Source of the DNA: Basidiobolus meristosporus CBS 931.73
Lineage: Eukaryota > Fungi > Basidiobolomycota
NCBI GenBank assembly: GCA_002104905.1
Contig: MCFE01000065.1
Span: 124,001 to 188,000 of the forward strand
Reading direction: 5' to 3'
DNA: 64,000 nucleotides
How positions within the stretch are numbered: the first letter of the stretch is position 1; the number at the start of each line of letters is the position of its first letter. A model generated the notes under the pieces. The model made no database searches. It was not told the origin of the DNA and was given only the letters and a program-made list of their open reading frames with translations. Shown piece by piece: positions 13,811-27,443 of the stretch. Made by a program: the position numbers and the translations under genes.

Positions 13811-15046
13811 TCAGGCATCCTCAAATTCATCCAGCTGAATATCTGGAATACTTTCGAGGTAGACGAAGATCTCGATATGATCAACCCCTCTGATGGCCTC
13901 AGCAATAAAATCGTCTGGAACAAACTCAAAACGCTTATCCGCACTCTTCATCACGAATCGTTTACCCTCGGGAGCGGAGATCGGTATTGCATATTTCAGG
14001 ACACTCTCAAATGTAGTGGTTGAAGATATTGCAATGCGATCCTTGTAGATTGTCTTGTTTGAGCGGATAGTTACCATCTTTGGTCGGTCTACTTCCATGG
14101 GGACATTAGCTCGACATACATCACAGCAACAGCCTCGTCTCCCACTTTACCTCTGGACGGGCCTACAAAGCCTTGATTAAATCCCGAGAACTCCTCTTCG
14201 ACAATGATCTCCGGTGACTCTCTTCTATTCTTTTTGATCCCTTGCGTATGGTGATACCCAGAGGGTCGGGCTGGCTTTGCTTTAGGCACGTTCGCGACGT
14301 CACTGTTGGACGGAAATGAGGACAGTGGGGCTCTAGGTGAGATATGGCTTGGCGAACTCTGGGTCTGCCTAGTAGGAAGCACCTTCTCCGGCTCGATATG
14401 TATCTCCTGATGTAGTCTGGAATTATCAGGAGCAGTGTTGACCATATTAAGACTCGAGGGCTTACTCTCGTCAAACACCACTGATATCGAAGATACGGGA
14501 GTTGAAGGTCTGGTCCCCTTCCCAACCGTATCATTTGAGGTGACCTTGACGGACTGGCTGCTGCCCTGATACACTGGAATAAAGAAGGTCAATACAACGT
14601 TGCCAAAGTTTCCCCTGGTACAGAGGAACCTGATCCATGGACTAATGCAAACACAGCTACTTACTTTTCATCCAACGCCAGCAGGCTGAGTTACACCCTA
14701 TGCAAATCTTTATTTCACTGAAACGCTCACTCCATATCAACCTTGCTGAACGATTGGCATGAAGCCAAGTGAGGAAGTTTTGGTTGCTCGAGGAGAGACT
14801 CTTTCGACGAAAATCCACTTTATATCCTTCTTTTTTTATATTCCATTGGATTTCAGCAGGTGAACAAGTACACAGAGCGCTTCCATACTTCCCGGAACAA
14901 GTAAGGCAAATCAAACAAATCACACATATGTTGGGACGCATGGGCAACCGCTTCTGAATCATATATTGGTCATTATTCTCTATCTCTCGTATCGAAATAT
15001 TTGGCTTTTCTTCCTTTATGCTGAGGCTGTCTCTCAATATGGACAT
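13811..15046 (-). CDS. Hypothetical 3-exon protein: Cys-rich N-terminus, Ser/Pro-rich linker, possible ubiquitin-like/PB1-like C-terminus
   Basis: Three ORFs join in frame through introns 14574-14664 (GTAAGT..TTCCAG) and 14089-14150 (GTAAAG..AGTAG). N-terminus has CxxCxxCxxC..CxC. Confidence 0.55.
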
Positions 15047-15616
15047 TGGGCTAGGTACTCCTCCTAGTAGAACCCAAGTTTTTGTGATTCACTACAAAAT
15101 AGGTAGAATAATTTGTTGGAGCACCCCCATTCAAAGATCCTATTGGACGACAGATATTTCTTTAGACAAAAAAATAAATGGACTGATCATGAATCAGTTA
15201 GTGCCATAGCCTTGTGTGATTCAGCTACAGCATGCTTGAATGGAGTGTGTTCCCCATGTAGCTATCAAGCATCGAGGTCCAAAGTATCTTAGCACACGGG
15301 TGCAATATGGCAGGCTTTTCTCATGAGCCCGATCGATGTTCTCAATGCTGGTGAGGCCTACAGTTTCGGAATCATATTATTTCTCGGAGCATTCATCCAT
15401 AGATGCGATTGAGATTTATTAGAGATGTGAAGTTGGGGCCCAGCAATACGAGAACAAACTAGGGTTTATCGTGACACTAACTTCATTACTATGTCTTCGT
15501 TGTTGCCGTATTCTCCAGCGTGGTGACCACTTTGCCCTCCATGTCTTTCCGTGTACATATACATGATTATTTTAGATTGATGCAGATCCTGGCTCATTCA
15601 AGGGGTGAACAAGAGA

Positions 15617-15964
15617 TTACTCGCGGGAGTTGTCCAGCACGCCGAAATACAACAATACCAAGTCCTCGTTGCCGGTATTTCGAATCTCGTGCTTCTCTTT
15701 AGGCCGGACGGTCACAGAGCTCCCTGGACTCAGGGGGATCAGCGTGCTATCTACCTCCATCTCCGCCACGCCACTCTGCACAAAGAAAACCTCAGACATG
15801 TCCTGATGACAATGCATGGAAGAGATCTGCCCCGGCTTCAGAATGGCTTGGGCGAATTGAGTGATGTTGGGGAGATCTCCATTTTTCAACAACACCCGTT
15901 TGGAAACATCGGGGTCGTGGGAGACGGATGAGTTCTCGAGCGACTCCAAATGAGAGACTATCAT
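15617..15964 (-). CDS. Single-domain cupin (Cupin_2-like), intronless, 115 aa
   Basis: Cupin motif 1 HCHQDMSEVFFV (HxHx4E) and motif 2 PKEKHEIRNTG. ATG at 15964 (MIVSHLESL). Confidence 0.85.
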   Translation of the reverse strand: MIVSHLESLENSSVSHDPDVSKRVLLKNGDLPNITQFAQAILKPGQISSMHCHQDMSEVFFVQSGVAEMEVDSTLIPLSPGSSVTVRPKEKHEIRNTGNEDLVLLYFGVLDNSRE

Positions 15965-16587
15965 GTTGAGCCCAGGTTGGTCAATTGACAAGGTGCCCTC
16001 TGAGGAGAAAAGATTGTCCCAGGAGATTTCTTTCAATTTATTCTCAACTCGGGTCGGCCTGGTGGTGGTTCAAATTTGGAAGGGTCGAGAGTCTGCAAGA
16101 TTTACAGCAGATCAGCTCAGATCAGCACTGGATTTTTTGGTGGCAGCAACGATATGTTAAATTTAGAAATGAGCTTCGGCAGCATTGGTGGGTGGGCTAC
16201 ATGAATCCACCGCAGAGATCAATCTCGTTTTCGCCAACGAACAGGTCAATAAAGCGGTATGTCACCTCACCGTGCAATATGCTTGCATCCAAATGGATTT
16301 CTATTGATAATGTTTGGGAAGCAGTTACACAAATAAGAGCGGTGAGGAGGAGGCCCCTTGGGCTACTGATCCCAGGCACAGGTAGTGGTATTTAGACAAA
16401 CGCGAGATAAATGAAGTTACCAAGGAATAATGGCGGAATGGAGCCTAAAGTGCGGGCTATTATTACATGTCTCCATGGCACAAAAATAGGCAGGGTGGAA
16501 ATTTACGAAGTGATAAAAATACGCTTTGTGTTGTGATGAATTTAGTAGGTGCAGATCACAGCGGATCCCTTGTCCTACAAAGGCTAT

Positions 16588-17710
16588 TCACGAATTCCCT
16601 GATGGGATCTCTCGGATCCGCGTCGTATGTTTATTACCAATCGAATTGGCCTCTTCGTTCTCCATTACTGACGGGTGGCTGGATGCAAAGCTTTGTATTT
16701 CTTCCCCGTCCTCGTCTACTCCCTGGTGGCTATAATGAATCGAGTTATGATCGTCGGATGCGTCATCTAGAGCGTGGTGCTCCTCTGAACCCGAGTCATG
16801 GTGGATGGCAACCGTACTACGTTCATCTAGTCCATGGTGGCGCAGGCTTTGACGGATGGCCTCCATTATCATCAACTCCTCTAACGCCATATCAACCTGT
16901 TCATTATTTGACGAAATCTCAATCACTTGTGAGCTGTCATTGCGCCGTGAGTTCTGGCGTGGATGGAACCAGCGTCGCGCAAGTGACAGATTCGTTCGCC
17001 GATGGAAGCCTCGATTACCCAACGATGTTAGGTGCAGGCGACGAACGTAATCCGGGCGAATATCATCACAAGTGATCACCTCGGGGCTATTGTGATGAAT
17101 AGATGCTTTTCTGGCCTTCGGGCAATCCTTGGAGTGTACGGTGGATTTGTAATGGCCGGTGTAGAAGTTGGCATCGAATGGAGCTTCGTAGACAACACCA
17201 AAATTGGACTCCACGCAATATGGGCAGGTGGCAGGCGTCGTGGCATTGGCTCGTTTCATTTGGACGAAGCACTCAGTGCAAATTGGCTGATAGCAGCAGC
17301 GGGTATAGTTAATATTTTTAGGATAGTACTGTGGAACACGAAGAGAAGGTTAGGGAGGGTGCGACTGATATGGGAAGATGAACACCAACCAAAAAACAAA
17401 TGGGGCACTCGATGGCATTGCGATAAAGGTCAACCAAAGAGATCTTCCCGCTGTCGAACTTGTTTTTCGTTAGACAGCCGGCAGACTTGGCGTTAGAGAT
17501 AAGTCGCTTCGAAAGGCCGATTGTTGATTGTTCTCTTTGGGCGTCGCTGATTTCAGCCAGGCCTTTGTAGAAAGGAGATATCCTCCGGTCAAGAATTAGT
17601 TTGCGTATAACACGATGATCGAAGTCTTGTTCTGCTGTGTAAACCCCATTGGGGGTAAACCCACCCCCGTCAACCAGGGACGCAACCTTCTTTGCTTGAA
17701 TGTTTCCCAT
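16588..17710 (-). CDS. SIP5: Sip5/DA2-GW2-like RING-type protein, 2 exons
   Basis: MGN start, VDGG..P.GVY..QDFD..V.RKLI..RRISPFYKG, then ECPICFL-YYPKNINYTRCC.QPICTECFVQMKR..CPYC..FGV.Y and ELMIMEAIRQSL. Intron 17329-17389. Confidence 0.85.
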
Positions 17711-20348
17711 GTCAATTGGTTAGCTCTAAACAAGTGGCACTGGTCAACAAGATTGTGTGGATGACTATGGATGGGGATTGACCAGGGACAGGTTGGAGTA
17801 AAACTGGTGGATGTGGAAGCACACAATATTCAGAAATTGACTTCCTCTTCCAAGGCTATACAGCTGAAAGGGTAAAAACTGTGTGAAGCAGTCCCCATAG
17901 GACAGCCTTAAATAGCACCGTATCGTCTAAGACTTCATCACCTCGCCGGATAAGCCAGTGATGGAAAATGCCCCAATTTCCATATTGGGGATTAATATCG
18001 AGAAGTCTCTCCAGTGGAGATCAATTCAAATATATGACCAGGCAGATATATGAAAAACAGTCTCATAATACAGGAGCGTTGAAAGACCGATTCAAAGTCA
18101 GGTAAGATGAAAATCTTATATGATCTTTCCAAGAATGTCCAGGAAGATGACAGGTGATCAATCACCGGAGCTGAAGCAAAGTGAAACCCACAATATCATT
18201 AATTCTGGCCAATGTAAGTGCATGCTCTCACCCGAAGATACAAGACAAGGGTGTAAAAATAGGAGATCACACCCAGCGATACGAGAGCCTATTGCTTCCT
18301 GGGCGCGGACTTGAAACATGTCTTGTCCGGAGGGGAGTCGACAAATAAACGTCGCAATAGGTAAAGATGAACAATCAGTGTGAGGGAGAGTGAATCAAAA
18401 GGCTTATTTAATTGCTGTCCAGCTGAGTTGGCAAGCCTTCTTGATAACGACCGACATCTCTTGCTCAGCAGCACTTGGATTTGGCTTATCCCTGCACGCC
18501 ACTCGATCCGCAATCCGAGCAATTAGCAGGAGATGGGCTGTCACATACCCAGAGTCACTCGTGACGAAGTCTTGCCACAGTGAACCAGCCTCACTATCTG
18601 TTGCCAAAGCTGTCTGTATCAACGCTGTTAATTGGCCAAGTACAATCGACCGATCATGTTTCCTGAATACATTCTCAGGGGAAGGGTCAACAGCGGCTTG
18701 AGTAAAATTGCAGCTGAACAGCGCCAAATTGTCGCTTCCCAAATTCAAGAGCGTATGGTAAGATCAAATCGACTTGAACTGGATCTGAATCGGTCGGCAG
18801 GGTAGGATTCCATCATTGCTAGGGAAGTTGCTGGAATGTCGCTTGTAATTCTTACCTTTCCAAAAGCGGCCCCACCATTACTGCTGTCGAAGATCATTTA
18901 TCAAGGAATTCTTGTTCAGTGGTGCATGGAAGCAAGAGTTATGACACAAACCTGATTCTGCACCTCCTGATGGATGGTCACGATGATCTAGAATCCTCCT
19001 CTGGCCCTCCGCATTGCCATGCTGGGGCCCATGCAACCATTCTCGAACCAGCTTTGACTGAGTGTTGATCCACTGAATTGCGGAAATATTTAGCGCTGGA
19101 AGATAATCAGGGTCTAAATGGAACTAATGAATTGACGTTGTCATTCAGTCGGATGTGGCACTATGCACATTATCCAACAATGCATTTGCTCTGACCCAAT
19201 TCCTCACGATGAGCCAGCAACTGCCCCTTCGGATCATAAAAAACGCTCCGATAGGTGTCGATAAGGCCCCACCGATTACTGGTATCGCTTACCATCTGGG
19301 AAGTTGCTTACAAATATCCAGGAGCATATGTGATTAGGGTTGGGGCTAGTGCCGATGATGCCTTGTGAAAACCTCGCTCTATGATTGACTGGAGTTGACA
19401 TCATTCGGGCTCTTGCATCACCAGAATCCCTGGTGAGCCTTATGTGTGTAATTGGTAAGTTCAAACCAACTAGTCAATTTGAGCAACCTTCATATAGTTA
19501 AACTTGTTGCTCTCCTAACCCTATGTATGCTTTATTGCATACATCTTGACACTGGTGAAAACACAGCTCAACCTACTTCAACCACTGGGGATGAATTTGC
19601 CATCGTATCGAATGCGGCCTGATCTATTGGCCAAGAGGTGGCTTCAGTCATCTGAAGCTCATACAATATACCCTTTCCTGCTTGGTGAGTGTTATAAATG
19701 ATGAGTCAACCGACATGGTGGATTAAGGTGCATTTGGCCAATATCACAGCATTCAAGACACGTGCATGCTTCTTATCGTAATGGCCATGGGATTATTACG
19801 GAAGTCTGACTCCCGTGAACCTTGTGTTGTGGCCTTGGGACGATGGGAGAGCCGGATGAAACATCGGTGTTGTTGGTACAATCATTATGGTCATATCATG
19901 AGTACAGCAAGCCAGCAAGGACGTGAATGACCAGCTAGGCCTTATTCAAAGGGTGCTAAATGCCGAGTATGGTTGATGCTAAATACGATGTCATCTGGAA
20001 CAGATTAAATTGGGTCTGTTCTGATTGACATGCTTGCAGAGTGATGCAGTTAGGGAGCAGATGTACTTGCCCATCTACAGGCGCTAATATGTATCCATGT
20101 CCAAGTCTAGGTCCACGGCCTGTTGGCATACATGGATGGAGCATACTCTATTATTTGTGGCATTGCTTTCACGGGAGGCCATTTATCAGACAAAGCTAAA
20201 TAGTACATATCTGGAATCCTTGAAGTGAAAGTGAACCCGAAGAGGTTGCTAATCAGATGATGGGGTGCGAGGTCATGTGTCATCCTGGTTCAGTGGACGT
20301 CCTGATACTACGCTATACTTTTAATTGTTACCAATTGCTACCGGAAAA

Positions 20349-21650
20349 TTAGAATGAGTCAGATCTCAGAAACAGATGCTCAAGCTTGGCGTTTGTGGTA
20401 TCGTTCTTTTCAAATAGGTTGATCCAATCTTGATTCTCTTGAAGTCGAACCTCCTGGGCGTTGAAGTCGTTGATGATCTTATACATGAATCCTTCGTCCA
20501 CAATGTCTTCGTATTGGATTCCTTTGCACTCCTTGTCTTCAAAAGTGGGTGCCAATGAGAGAGGGGTCCTCACGATAACATGTCGCTTCTGATTCTCTAA
20601 TGTCATCAAATCCGCATACTCCGCATAGGCTGCTACGAGCTGCCAAAACAAACGGGAGTACAGACTGGGGACAATGTCTCTTAAATCTTTGATATCATTC
20701 AAGGCTTTCTTCGAGCCGACCTCGGTGGGGTGGGAGGCGGCGATAAATTCACCAGCGTTGATTTCCCCTATGACCTCCGATTCGTGTCCTGCGCGATACT
20801 CGCTGATTAGATAGGCTGTGGTTGCTTGAGGTCCCGTTTGGCCACCATCAGGCCTCTGAATAGTAGAGAAGAACCCGGTAACCTTCCGTTCTGGATAAGG
20901 TGATGGAGAGCCTATCCACTCTCTCCAATACTCCAAGCTACGTTTTATTGGCCCTGCAACACTACGCTGTGTTAATACAGACTCGTGAAGAGCGGACATT
21001 CGTTCCAGATTCTCCCAATTATCGGAAAGATCCATTGGTTGCGGCTCGATTATGACAAGTGGAGTGGCGACAAACTGCTGTAGAAGATCAACCGGAACCT
21101 TGTATTTCCGATAGTGCAAGTCTACCGCACTCCAACCCATACTTTTGTATAAACTTTGAGCTGGCCCTGAGGAGACGTGTAGACTGGAGATATGGATTCC
21201 TACAGTTTTCATATACGAGAGAGCTTCTTGGAGAAGGCGGCGGGCAAGACCTTTACGAAGGTGGGATGGTAACGTAGCCACCTCTCCGATCCCACCCATG
21301 TCTATGGTGGTCCCATCTAAAATCACACTACGGCGAAAGACCCTCACAGTGCTAACGATCTAAGTAAAAAGCAACAGATGGATTGTTAACAAGCCGGAAT
21401 CACACAACAGTTGTAATGCAGAATAACTTTAAAAGGCTTGGTTAATAGAGGTACTTATTACCTTTTCTCCGTATGGATCTTTCAAAAGTGCTACCTTTAT
21501 ACCATTGATATCTCTGTACGGATCGTTGTTCCAATGATCAACGAAATACTGCCTTGGTGTTCCTTTAGGCTGAAACACAACAGCCAAGTGATCGAAGAAC
21601 AGCGGTAGCTCCTCCTCCTTTAAAGTTCGGAATATGTATTCCTCGTGCAT
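20349..21650 (-). CDS. GNAT-family acetyltransferase (Eis-like N-terminal GNAT domain plus degenerate second domain), 2 exons
   Basis: IVSTVRVFRR..MGGIGEVATLPSHLRKGLARRLL (acetyl-CoA motif A) and SLYKSMGW. Intron 21360-21461 joins the 73-aa and 332-aa ORFs in phase 0. Confidence 0.85.
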
Positions 21651-22419
21651 TTGACAAGGTCAAGGTATAACCAGCGTATGTCGCAATAGTCTGTAGCCCG
21701 ATTTTATTCCCCAGCCACATTCAACGTAATGGTCGTTTGGCCACTTCCGTCGAGCATAATCGGTTAGTCACAAATGAATGATCAACCCGACCGATTAATC
21801 TATCAGACCATCCGGGGGCAGCCACAGTTAGCAAGATAAAATGGCATATAGCATCACATGTGTCTTTCACTGCAGGGAAATGCTGTGCCACGAGTACAGA
21901 GGGCGTAGGGTAATCAGGATTGGACTTGTTCAACCATCACCAGACCACGTTTTTAATTTTCCTTCCCCTACATCACTGAAAATGCCATCAGCTCAGCGCA
22001 GTCCGTAAACAATGGATTAACCTCAAATGCATTGACTGCAACTTCTCAGAATCCTAAAGGATTTGTACCAAAAGTAGCATATGTCTTAGATGGAAGATCA
22101 TTGTAACAACAGTGACGTTCCTGACCTCATGGCACATTTTCATTGGCCTTTATTCCTAGCGCTTCAAGATGCGCAGCCAAACGCAGGTTACAAGTGAGTA
22201 CTTCATTCAATGATACTCAGGGGAGGTTGGGTGTCGACAAAATCCATTAAATTCAAAGGTAGGAATTGAAGTGAGTCTTCGTTTTGTATTTTCTTTCAAA
22301 CGAAATAGAATCTGGCGCTGAATATCCCTCACCCTGAACTTGAAGCATCTTTAGCTTTCGATCTTCATTAGCAAATTGCTATCCTATTCAACATCCCCCT
22401 CGCCCTTGCAAACTTCGGA

Positions 22420-25400
22420 ATGGATGACAGCTTCACCAAGACAACCCAGGAGGTTTTGGCTTCTCTCGAAGTCCTTCCTGATAAAGGCTTATCTCAAGCC
22501 CAAGTAGCTGCCCGCCAGAAACAATACGGGAAAAATGAGCTCCCCGAAGAGGAATCCACGCCTATCTGGGAGCTAATTCTTGAGCAATTTAAGGATCAAC
22601 TGGTAGTTATTCTGCTGGTTGCTGCGGGCATTTCCTTCATTCTAGCGTTCTTGGAGGAAAACAAAGAGGATGCTGCGACGGCTTATGTCGAGCCTATTGT
22701 TATCCTGCTGATTCTTATCGCAAACGCTACGGTTGGCGTTATCCAAGAGACCAATGCTGAGAAGGCCATCGAGGCTTTAAAGGAATATTCTCCCCATGAG
22801 GCGAAGGTGCTCCGCGACGGAACGCTCACTAAACTCCATGCCACTGAGTTGGTGCCAGGGGACATAATTGAGGTTGCTGTGGGTGATAAGATTCCTGCTG
22901 ATTGCCGCCTGCTCGAACTCATTTCTAGCTCAATACGTATTGATCAAGCGATACTTACAGGCGAATCGGTGTCTGTCAACAAGAACACCGATGCGATTAA
23001 AGACGAAGGAGCAGTTAAGCAGGATCAAACCAATGTCATGTTTTCCGGCACCACTGTCGTTCTTGGAAAAGCAAAAGCTGTTGTTGTGCAAACTGGGTCA
23101 CAAACAGCCATCGGTGATATCCATCAAAGTATTACTTCTCAAATATCCGAGAAGACTCCACTCAAGAGAAAATTGGATGATTTCGGGGATTTCCTAGCCA
23201 AAGCCATCTCGGTGATCTGCATATTGGTTTGGATTGTCAACATCCGACATTTCAATGATCCTTCACACCATGGATGGTTGAAAGGTGCAATCTATTACTT
23301 CAAAATCGCCGTTGCTCTCGCTGTGGCGGCCATCCCGGAGGGTCTTGCCGTTGTGATTACGACGTGTTTGGCGTTGGGTACGAAAAAAATGGCACAAAAG
23401 AATGCGATCGTTCGCTCTCTGCCCTCAGTTGAAACCTTGGGATGCACTAGTGTGATCTGTTCCGACAAGACTGGCACATTGACAACTAATCAGATGTCCA
23501 TCCAAAAGATTCTCACTGTTTCAAGTCATGCGGGAGAGTTGTCTGAGTACCACGTTGAAGGAACAAGTTATGCTCCCATTGGTGATATCAAGACCGCAGA
23601 CGGTACAATCATCAGGGATCTACCCATTGCTTCGCCGGTCATTCAGGAGTTATCTGAGGTCTGTGCTCTCTGCAATGACGCTCGCATTGTCTATGATCCA
23701 AGCTTGGATAGTTATACAAACGTAGGGGAGCCTACCGAAGCTGCTCTGAAAGTGCTTGTAGAGAAATTGGGCACTAAGGACAAAGCATTCAACCAGAAGT
23801 TGTCCCAGATGACTAAGCTTGAGCGTGTGGCTGCTTGCAATGGCTATATTGAGAAAGAGGCGCAGAGAATTGCCACGTTTGAGTTTTCTCGTGACCGCAA
23901 GTCAATGTCTGTCCTTACGCGTCGTCTCACCGATGGAGCCAACTCGAGTGAGAGTGCCGTGCTCCACGTGAAAGGGGCACCTGAATCCATTCTGGAAAGA
24001 TGCACTCGGGTTCGTGTCGAGTCGTCGCCCGGTAGTCCCGTGGAGCTCACTGACGCCATTCGCAACAATATATTGAAGAAAATCAACGAGTATGGCGGCA
24101 AGTTGAGTTTGAGATGTCTTGGGCTGGCGTCTATATCGAATTTACCAAGTGACAGCTCTGAATGGGACCTTCGAGACCCTAACAAATTCATCGACTATGA
24201 ACAAAACATGACCTTTATCGGACTAGTCGCCATGATAGATCCACCGAGAGCCGAGGTCCGAGACGCAATTACAAAATGCAAAACAGCAGGCATCCGAGTG
24301 ATTGTCATAACAGGCGACAACAAGAACACTGCCGAAGCCATTTGTCGAAGAATTGGCATCTTTGCGGAGAATGAAGATCTTACCGGGAAGTCGTATACCG
24401 GCCGCGAGTTTGATGGGCTATCGCTCGCCGAGAAGAAATTAGCTATCCAGCATGCCAACCTATTCTCCAGAACAGAACCTACACATAAGCAAGCACTTGT
24501 TGACCTGTTACAGAATAGTGGTCACGTGGTTGCCATGACTGGGGACGGTGTCAACGACGCTCCAGCACTAAAAAAGGCAGATATTGGTATAGCTATGGGC
24601 ACTGGCACTGATGTTGCGAAACTGGCTGCCGACATGGTCTTGGCTGATGATAACTTCGCAACCATAGAAAAGGCAGTCGAAGAAGGGCGTTCTATCTACA
24701 ACAATACCAAGCAATTTATTCGTTACCTGATCAGCTCTAATATCGGCGAAGTAGTCAGTATCTTTTTGACTGTAATTCTAGGGATGCCAGAGGCCCTAAT
24801 TCCAGTGCAGTTGCTATGGGTTAATCTGGTCACTGATGGCCTTCCGGCAACTGCCCTTGGGTTCAACCCCCCTGATCACGATATCATGCGTCAACCACCT
24901 AGAAGCTCACGGGAGCCAATTGTTAATCTTTGGCTCTTCTGTCGTTATATGGTGATTGGAACCTATGTCGGATGTGCAACGGTGTTCGGCTATGCTTGGT
25001 GGTTCATGTTCTATGAAGGCGGCCCACAAATTACCTTTTACCAACTCAGCAATTTCCACAAATGCTCCGAACTGTTTCCCGAGCTGGGATGTTCCATGTT
25101 CACCGACATCATGTCTCACCGGGCTACCACCATGTCTCTATCGATATTGGTAACTATCGAAATGTTCAACGCGATGAATTCCTTGAGCGAGAACGAGTCC
25201 CTATTGACGCTTCCGCTCTGGTCGAATATGTATCTTGTCTTTGCCATTATTCTCTCCATGATTCTTCACTTTGTTATTCTTTATGTGCCATTCTTCACTT
25301 CTTTATTCTCGATCACTCCATTGAACTTCCAGGAATGGGGCGCAGTCCTTTGGATCTCGTTTCCCGTGATTCTTCTCGATGAAGGGCTGAAGTATATCAC

Positions 25401-25443
25401 CAGGACATTCATCACACCTCCCACAAAAGTTAAGATGGATTGA
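22420..25443 (+). CDS. SERCA-type P2A Ca2+-ATPase, intronless, 1007 aa
   Basis: [12 protein letters not shown], phosphorylation motif [35 protein letters not shown], and Ca ligands [13 protein letters not shown] and TIEMFNA. Confidence 0.97.
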   Translation: MDDSFTKTTQEVLASLEVLPDKGLSQAQVAARQKQYGKNELPEEESTPIWELILEQFKDQLVVILLVAAGISFILAFLEENKEDAATAYVEPIVILLILIANATVGVIQETNAEKAIEALKEYSPHEAKVLRDGTLTKLHATELVPGDIIEVAVGDKIPADCRLLELISSSIRIDQAILTGESVSVNKNTDAIKDEGAVKQDQTNVMFSGTTVVLGKAKAVVVQTGSQTAIGDIHQSITSQISEKTPLKRKLDDFGDFLAKAISVICILVWIVNIRHFNDPSHHGWLKGAIYYFKIAVALAVAAIPEGLAVVITTCLALGTKKMAQKNAIVRSLPSVETLGCTSVICSDKTGTLTTNQMSIQKILTVSSHAGELSEYHVEGTSYAPIGDIKTADGTIIRDLPIASPVIQELSEVCALCNDARIVYDPSLDSYTNVGEPTEAALKVLVEKLGTKDKAFNQKLSQMTKLERVAACNGYIEKEAQRIATFEFSRDRKSMSVLTRRLTDGANSSESAVLHVKGAPESILERCTRVRVESSPGSPVELTDAIRNNILKKINEYGGKLSLRCLGLASISNLPSDSSEWDLRDPNKFIDYEQNMTFIGLVAMIDPPRAEVRDAITKCKTAGIRVIVITGDNKNTAEAICRRIGIFAENEDLTGKSYTGREFDGLSLAEKKLAIQHANLFSRTEPTHKQALVDLLQNSGHVVAMTGDGVNDAPALKKADIGIAMGTGTDVAKLAADMVLADDNFATIEKAVEEGRSIYNNTKQFIRYLISSNIGEVVSIFLTVILGMPEALIPVQLLWVNLVTDGLPATALGFNPPDHDIMRQPPRSSREPIVNLWLFCRYMVIGTYVGCATVFGYAWWFMFYEGGPQITFYQLSNFHKCSELFPELGCSMFTDIMSHRATTMSLSILVTIEMFNAMNSLSENESLLTLPLWSNMYLVFAIILSMILHFVILYVPFFTSLFSITPLNFQEWGAVLWISFPVILLDEGLKYITRTFITPPTKVKMD

Positions 25444-26620
25444 GCGATGCGTAGTCTAGTAGACCCATATGTAAGATCTACCGTCGCCAGAGGTTGGATT
25501 CTTCTTGATACTATTGTGCCCCCGAACATTGCGTTTTTGTCAACACCTAGATATGAGAATATATCTGACTATAGATACAGCTTTCCCAGTAAGCACATCT
25601 ATCAGATACTTAGTCCATCACATACACCAATACACTGTATCATTGTTAAATATCCGGGATCAGTTCAAGCTATATACTACCTACTGTTGTCGAATAAAGT
25701 TGCTACAGCATAGTATCCAACTTTTTTGGTAGAGTGGGCGAGCTGACAATTGTGCGATCAATAGCTTCGGAAGTAGAGCCCGAGTCTGGAAACGGAAATT
25801 GTGACCGACATTTCGCAAATCAGTAACCTCACTGAGTGTATACTGGGACGGCCCATTTCCACCGTAGAATCCAAGCCAGGGCAGTGTAGCGGCATCAGAC
25901 AAGCTTGTGTATGATACATATATATGCAGTGGCTCGCATTGCATCATTTGCTCTTGACTCATTCGCACGTGTGTTCTAGATAGCAAGATAAGCGTTGGTT
26001 AGATGCCCAAACCCCCTTATATTTATGCTCCTTTGCTAACTTGAGCAGGCGAAATAACATAAGATCACTCGAGTCGAATCGCCCAAAACTTTGAATATTA
26101 CTTCTAGTGTCGGTTTTACAAAACTCTTCCATGTGATCAGACTTTTTTCAAATCCAAATAACCAGCAAGTGAATACCATCAAATCATTTGACTCTCCAAG
26201 TTATCATTTGTGTCTCTTGAAGCCTTGCAGCAATAAGTTGTCACTCTTCATACTGATAAATGAATTTACTACAATATGATGGTCAGCTTGAGCCAAACCA
26301 TTTTGGACCCACTATTAGGCCTCTGTCCTGAAACTATATGAAATATCATTGAGATAGTAGCTAATATGTGATCTGCAAGTATTGTAATGAAAGTTCATGT
26401 AGATACCAGAGGTGGTTGGTAAAACTAGTGAAGTATGTATTTCTCATTTAGTGGCTAATTACATGTAAAAATTCGTAATTTCACCTAAATATTCACCTAA
26501 CTTAGTCACTTAGATCATTACCTACAAATCTTAGTGAATACTGACCAAATTCCTTGTTGGGATTTGCTTGGAATATTTTCACCAAAACATCAGGTACCCA
26601 GAACATGAAATATTGATAAG

Positions 26621-26807
26621 TTGTCCAAACAGCCCCAAACTTTGCACACATGCTCTTGGGACCTTCCTAAACATATTCTACTTGTTTATAATGCCAAGAC
26701 CATGTAGAAGTATAAATACTACTTTTACATTCAATAAATCATTAAGTGAAAACCACATAATCTACTTGTTCTCCCAATCACTTCCAATATCTCCAAGACT
26801 CTTACAA
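26621..26807 (+). repeat. Left arm of a diverged inverted repeat
   Basis: Reverse complement of about 27444-27646 shares the blocks gcacacatgctYttgggacctt, aagtataaatac, acataatctac and aatcacttccaa. Confidence 0.75.
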
Positions 26808-27443
26808 CAAAAACGATGTTCATACTTATATATAGCCTTAGCAAGACAAGCACTTGGAATTAGTATGGAGAGATCCCAAAAATATGTGTGTGAAGTTAGT
26901 CCCCGCAAAGACATTTCAGTGATAGTTTAGGAACTTTACTATTTCCTGGCCAAATTTCAGGCTTACGTAAATATCGGGTGTAAATACAAGACTTGCATGC
27001 TTTATTATTGGTATATGTGGGTAACAATTATTTGATCACTGTTGGGCCACTTGCAATCTTCGGTATCTAAAATCAATGATTTTATCAATATAACACTACT
27101 ACCACCATAAATAAATATGGCCAGGAAGGAGAGCCTTGAAGCCTCAGCACCAATCCGGGTGAAATAAAGTCATTTCTTGGTATTTATCCATCTGGGAGAA
27201 TTTTGTAGTACACTAGTTTAGCACCTAAATCTTGAATAGAAAGGCATATCCTGATAGAATGTGGCTGGTTGATCATGTAAAATAATGGTAGTCCTATACA
27301 TTACCAGAAACATCAGACATGCCCAGGCATCTTCAACAACTGAACACGGTCTAAATATCTTTCTATAGTCATTCAAAGTATATTTCAATCGTTAGCCTTT
27401 CCTATTCCACAAAGTATAGCAATGAAATGATCTGCAAGCAAAA

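Noticed and set aside
16197-16379. Small ORF with a hydrophobic start, vaguely ML/NPC2-like
   Set aside because: No ATG start, too short, and the Cys pattern is incomplete.
17900-20150. Possible multi-exon minus-strand gene including the 114-aa ORF 18404-18748
   Set aside because: No splice path avoids the in-frame stops. It may be a pseudogene, but the product is unidentifiable.
22420-25443. Intronless 3-kb SERCA as a retrocopy
   Set aside because: Argonaute and RRP12 also have 2-3 kb exons here, and no poly(A) remnant or TSD is visible.
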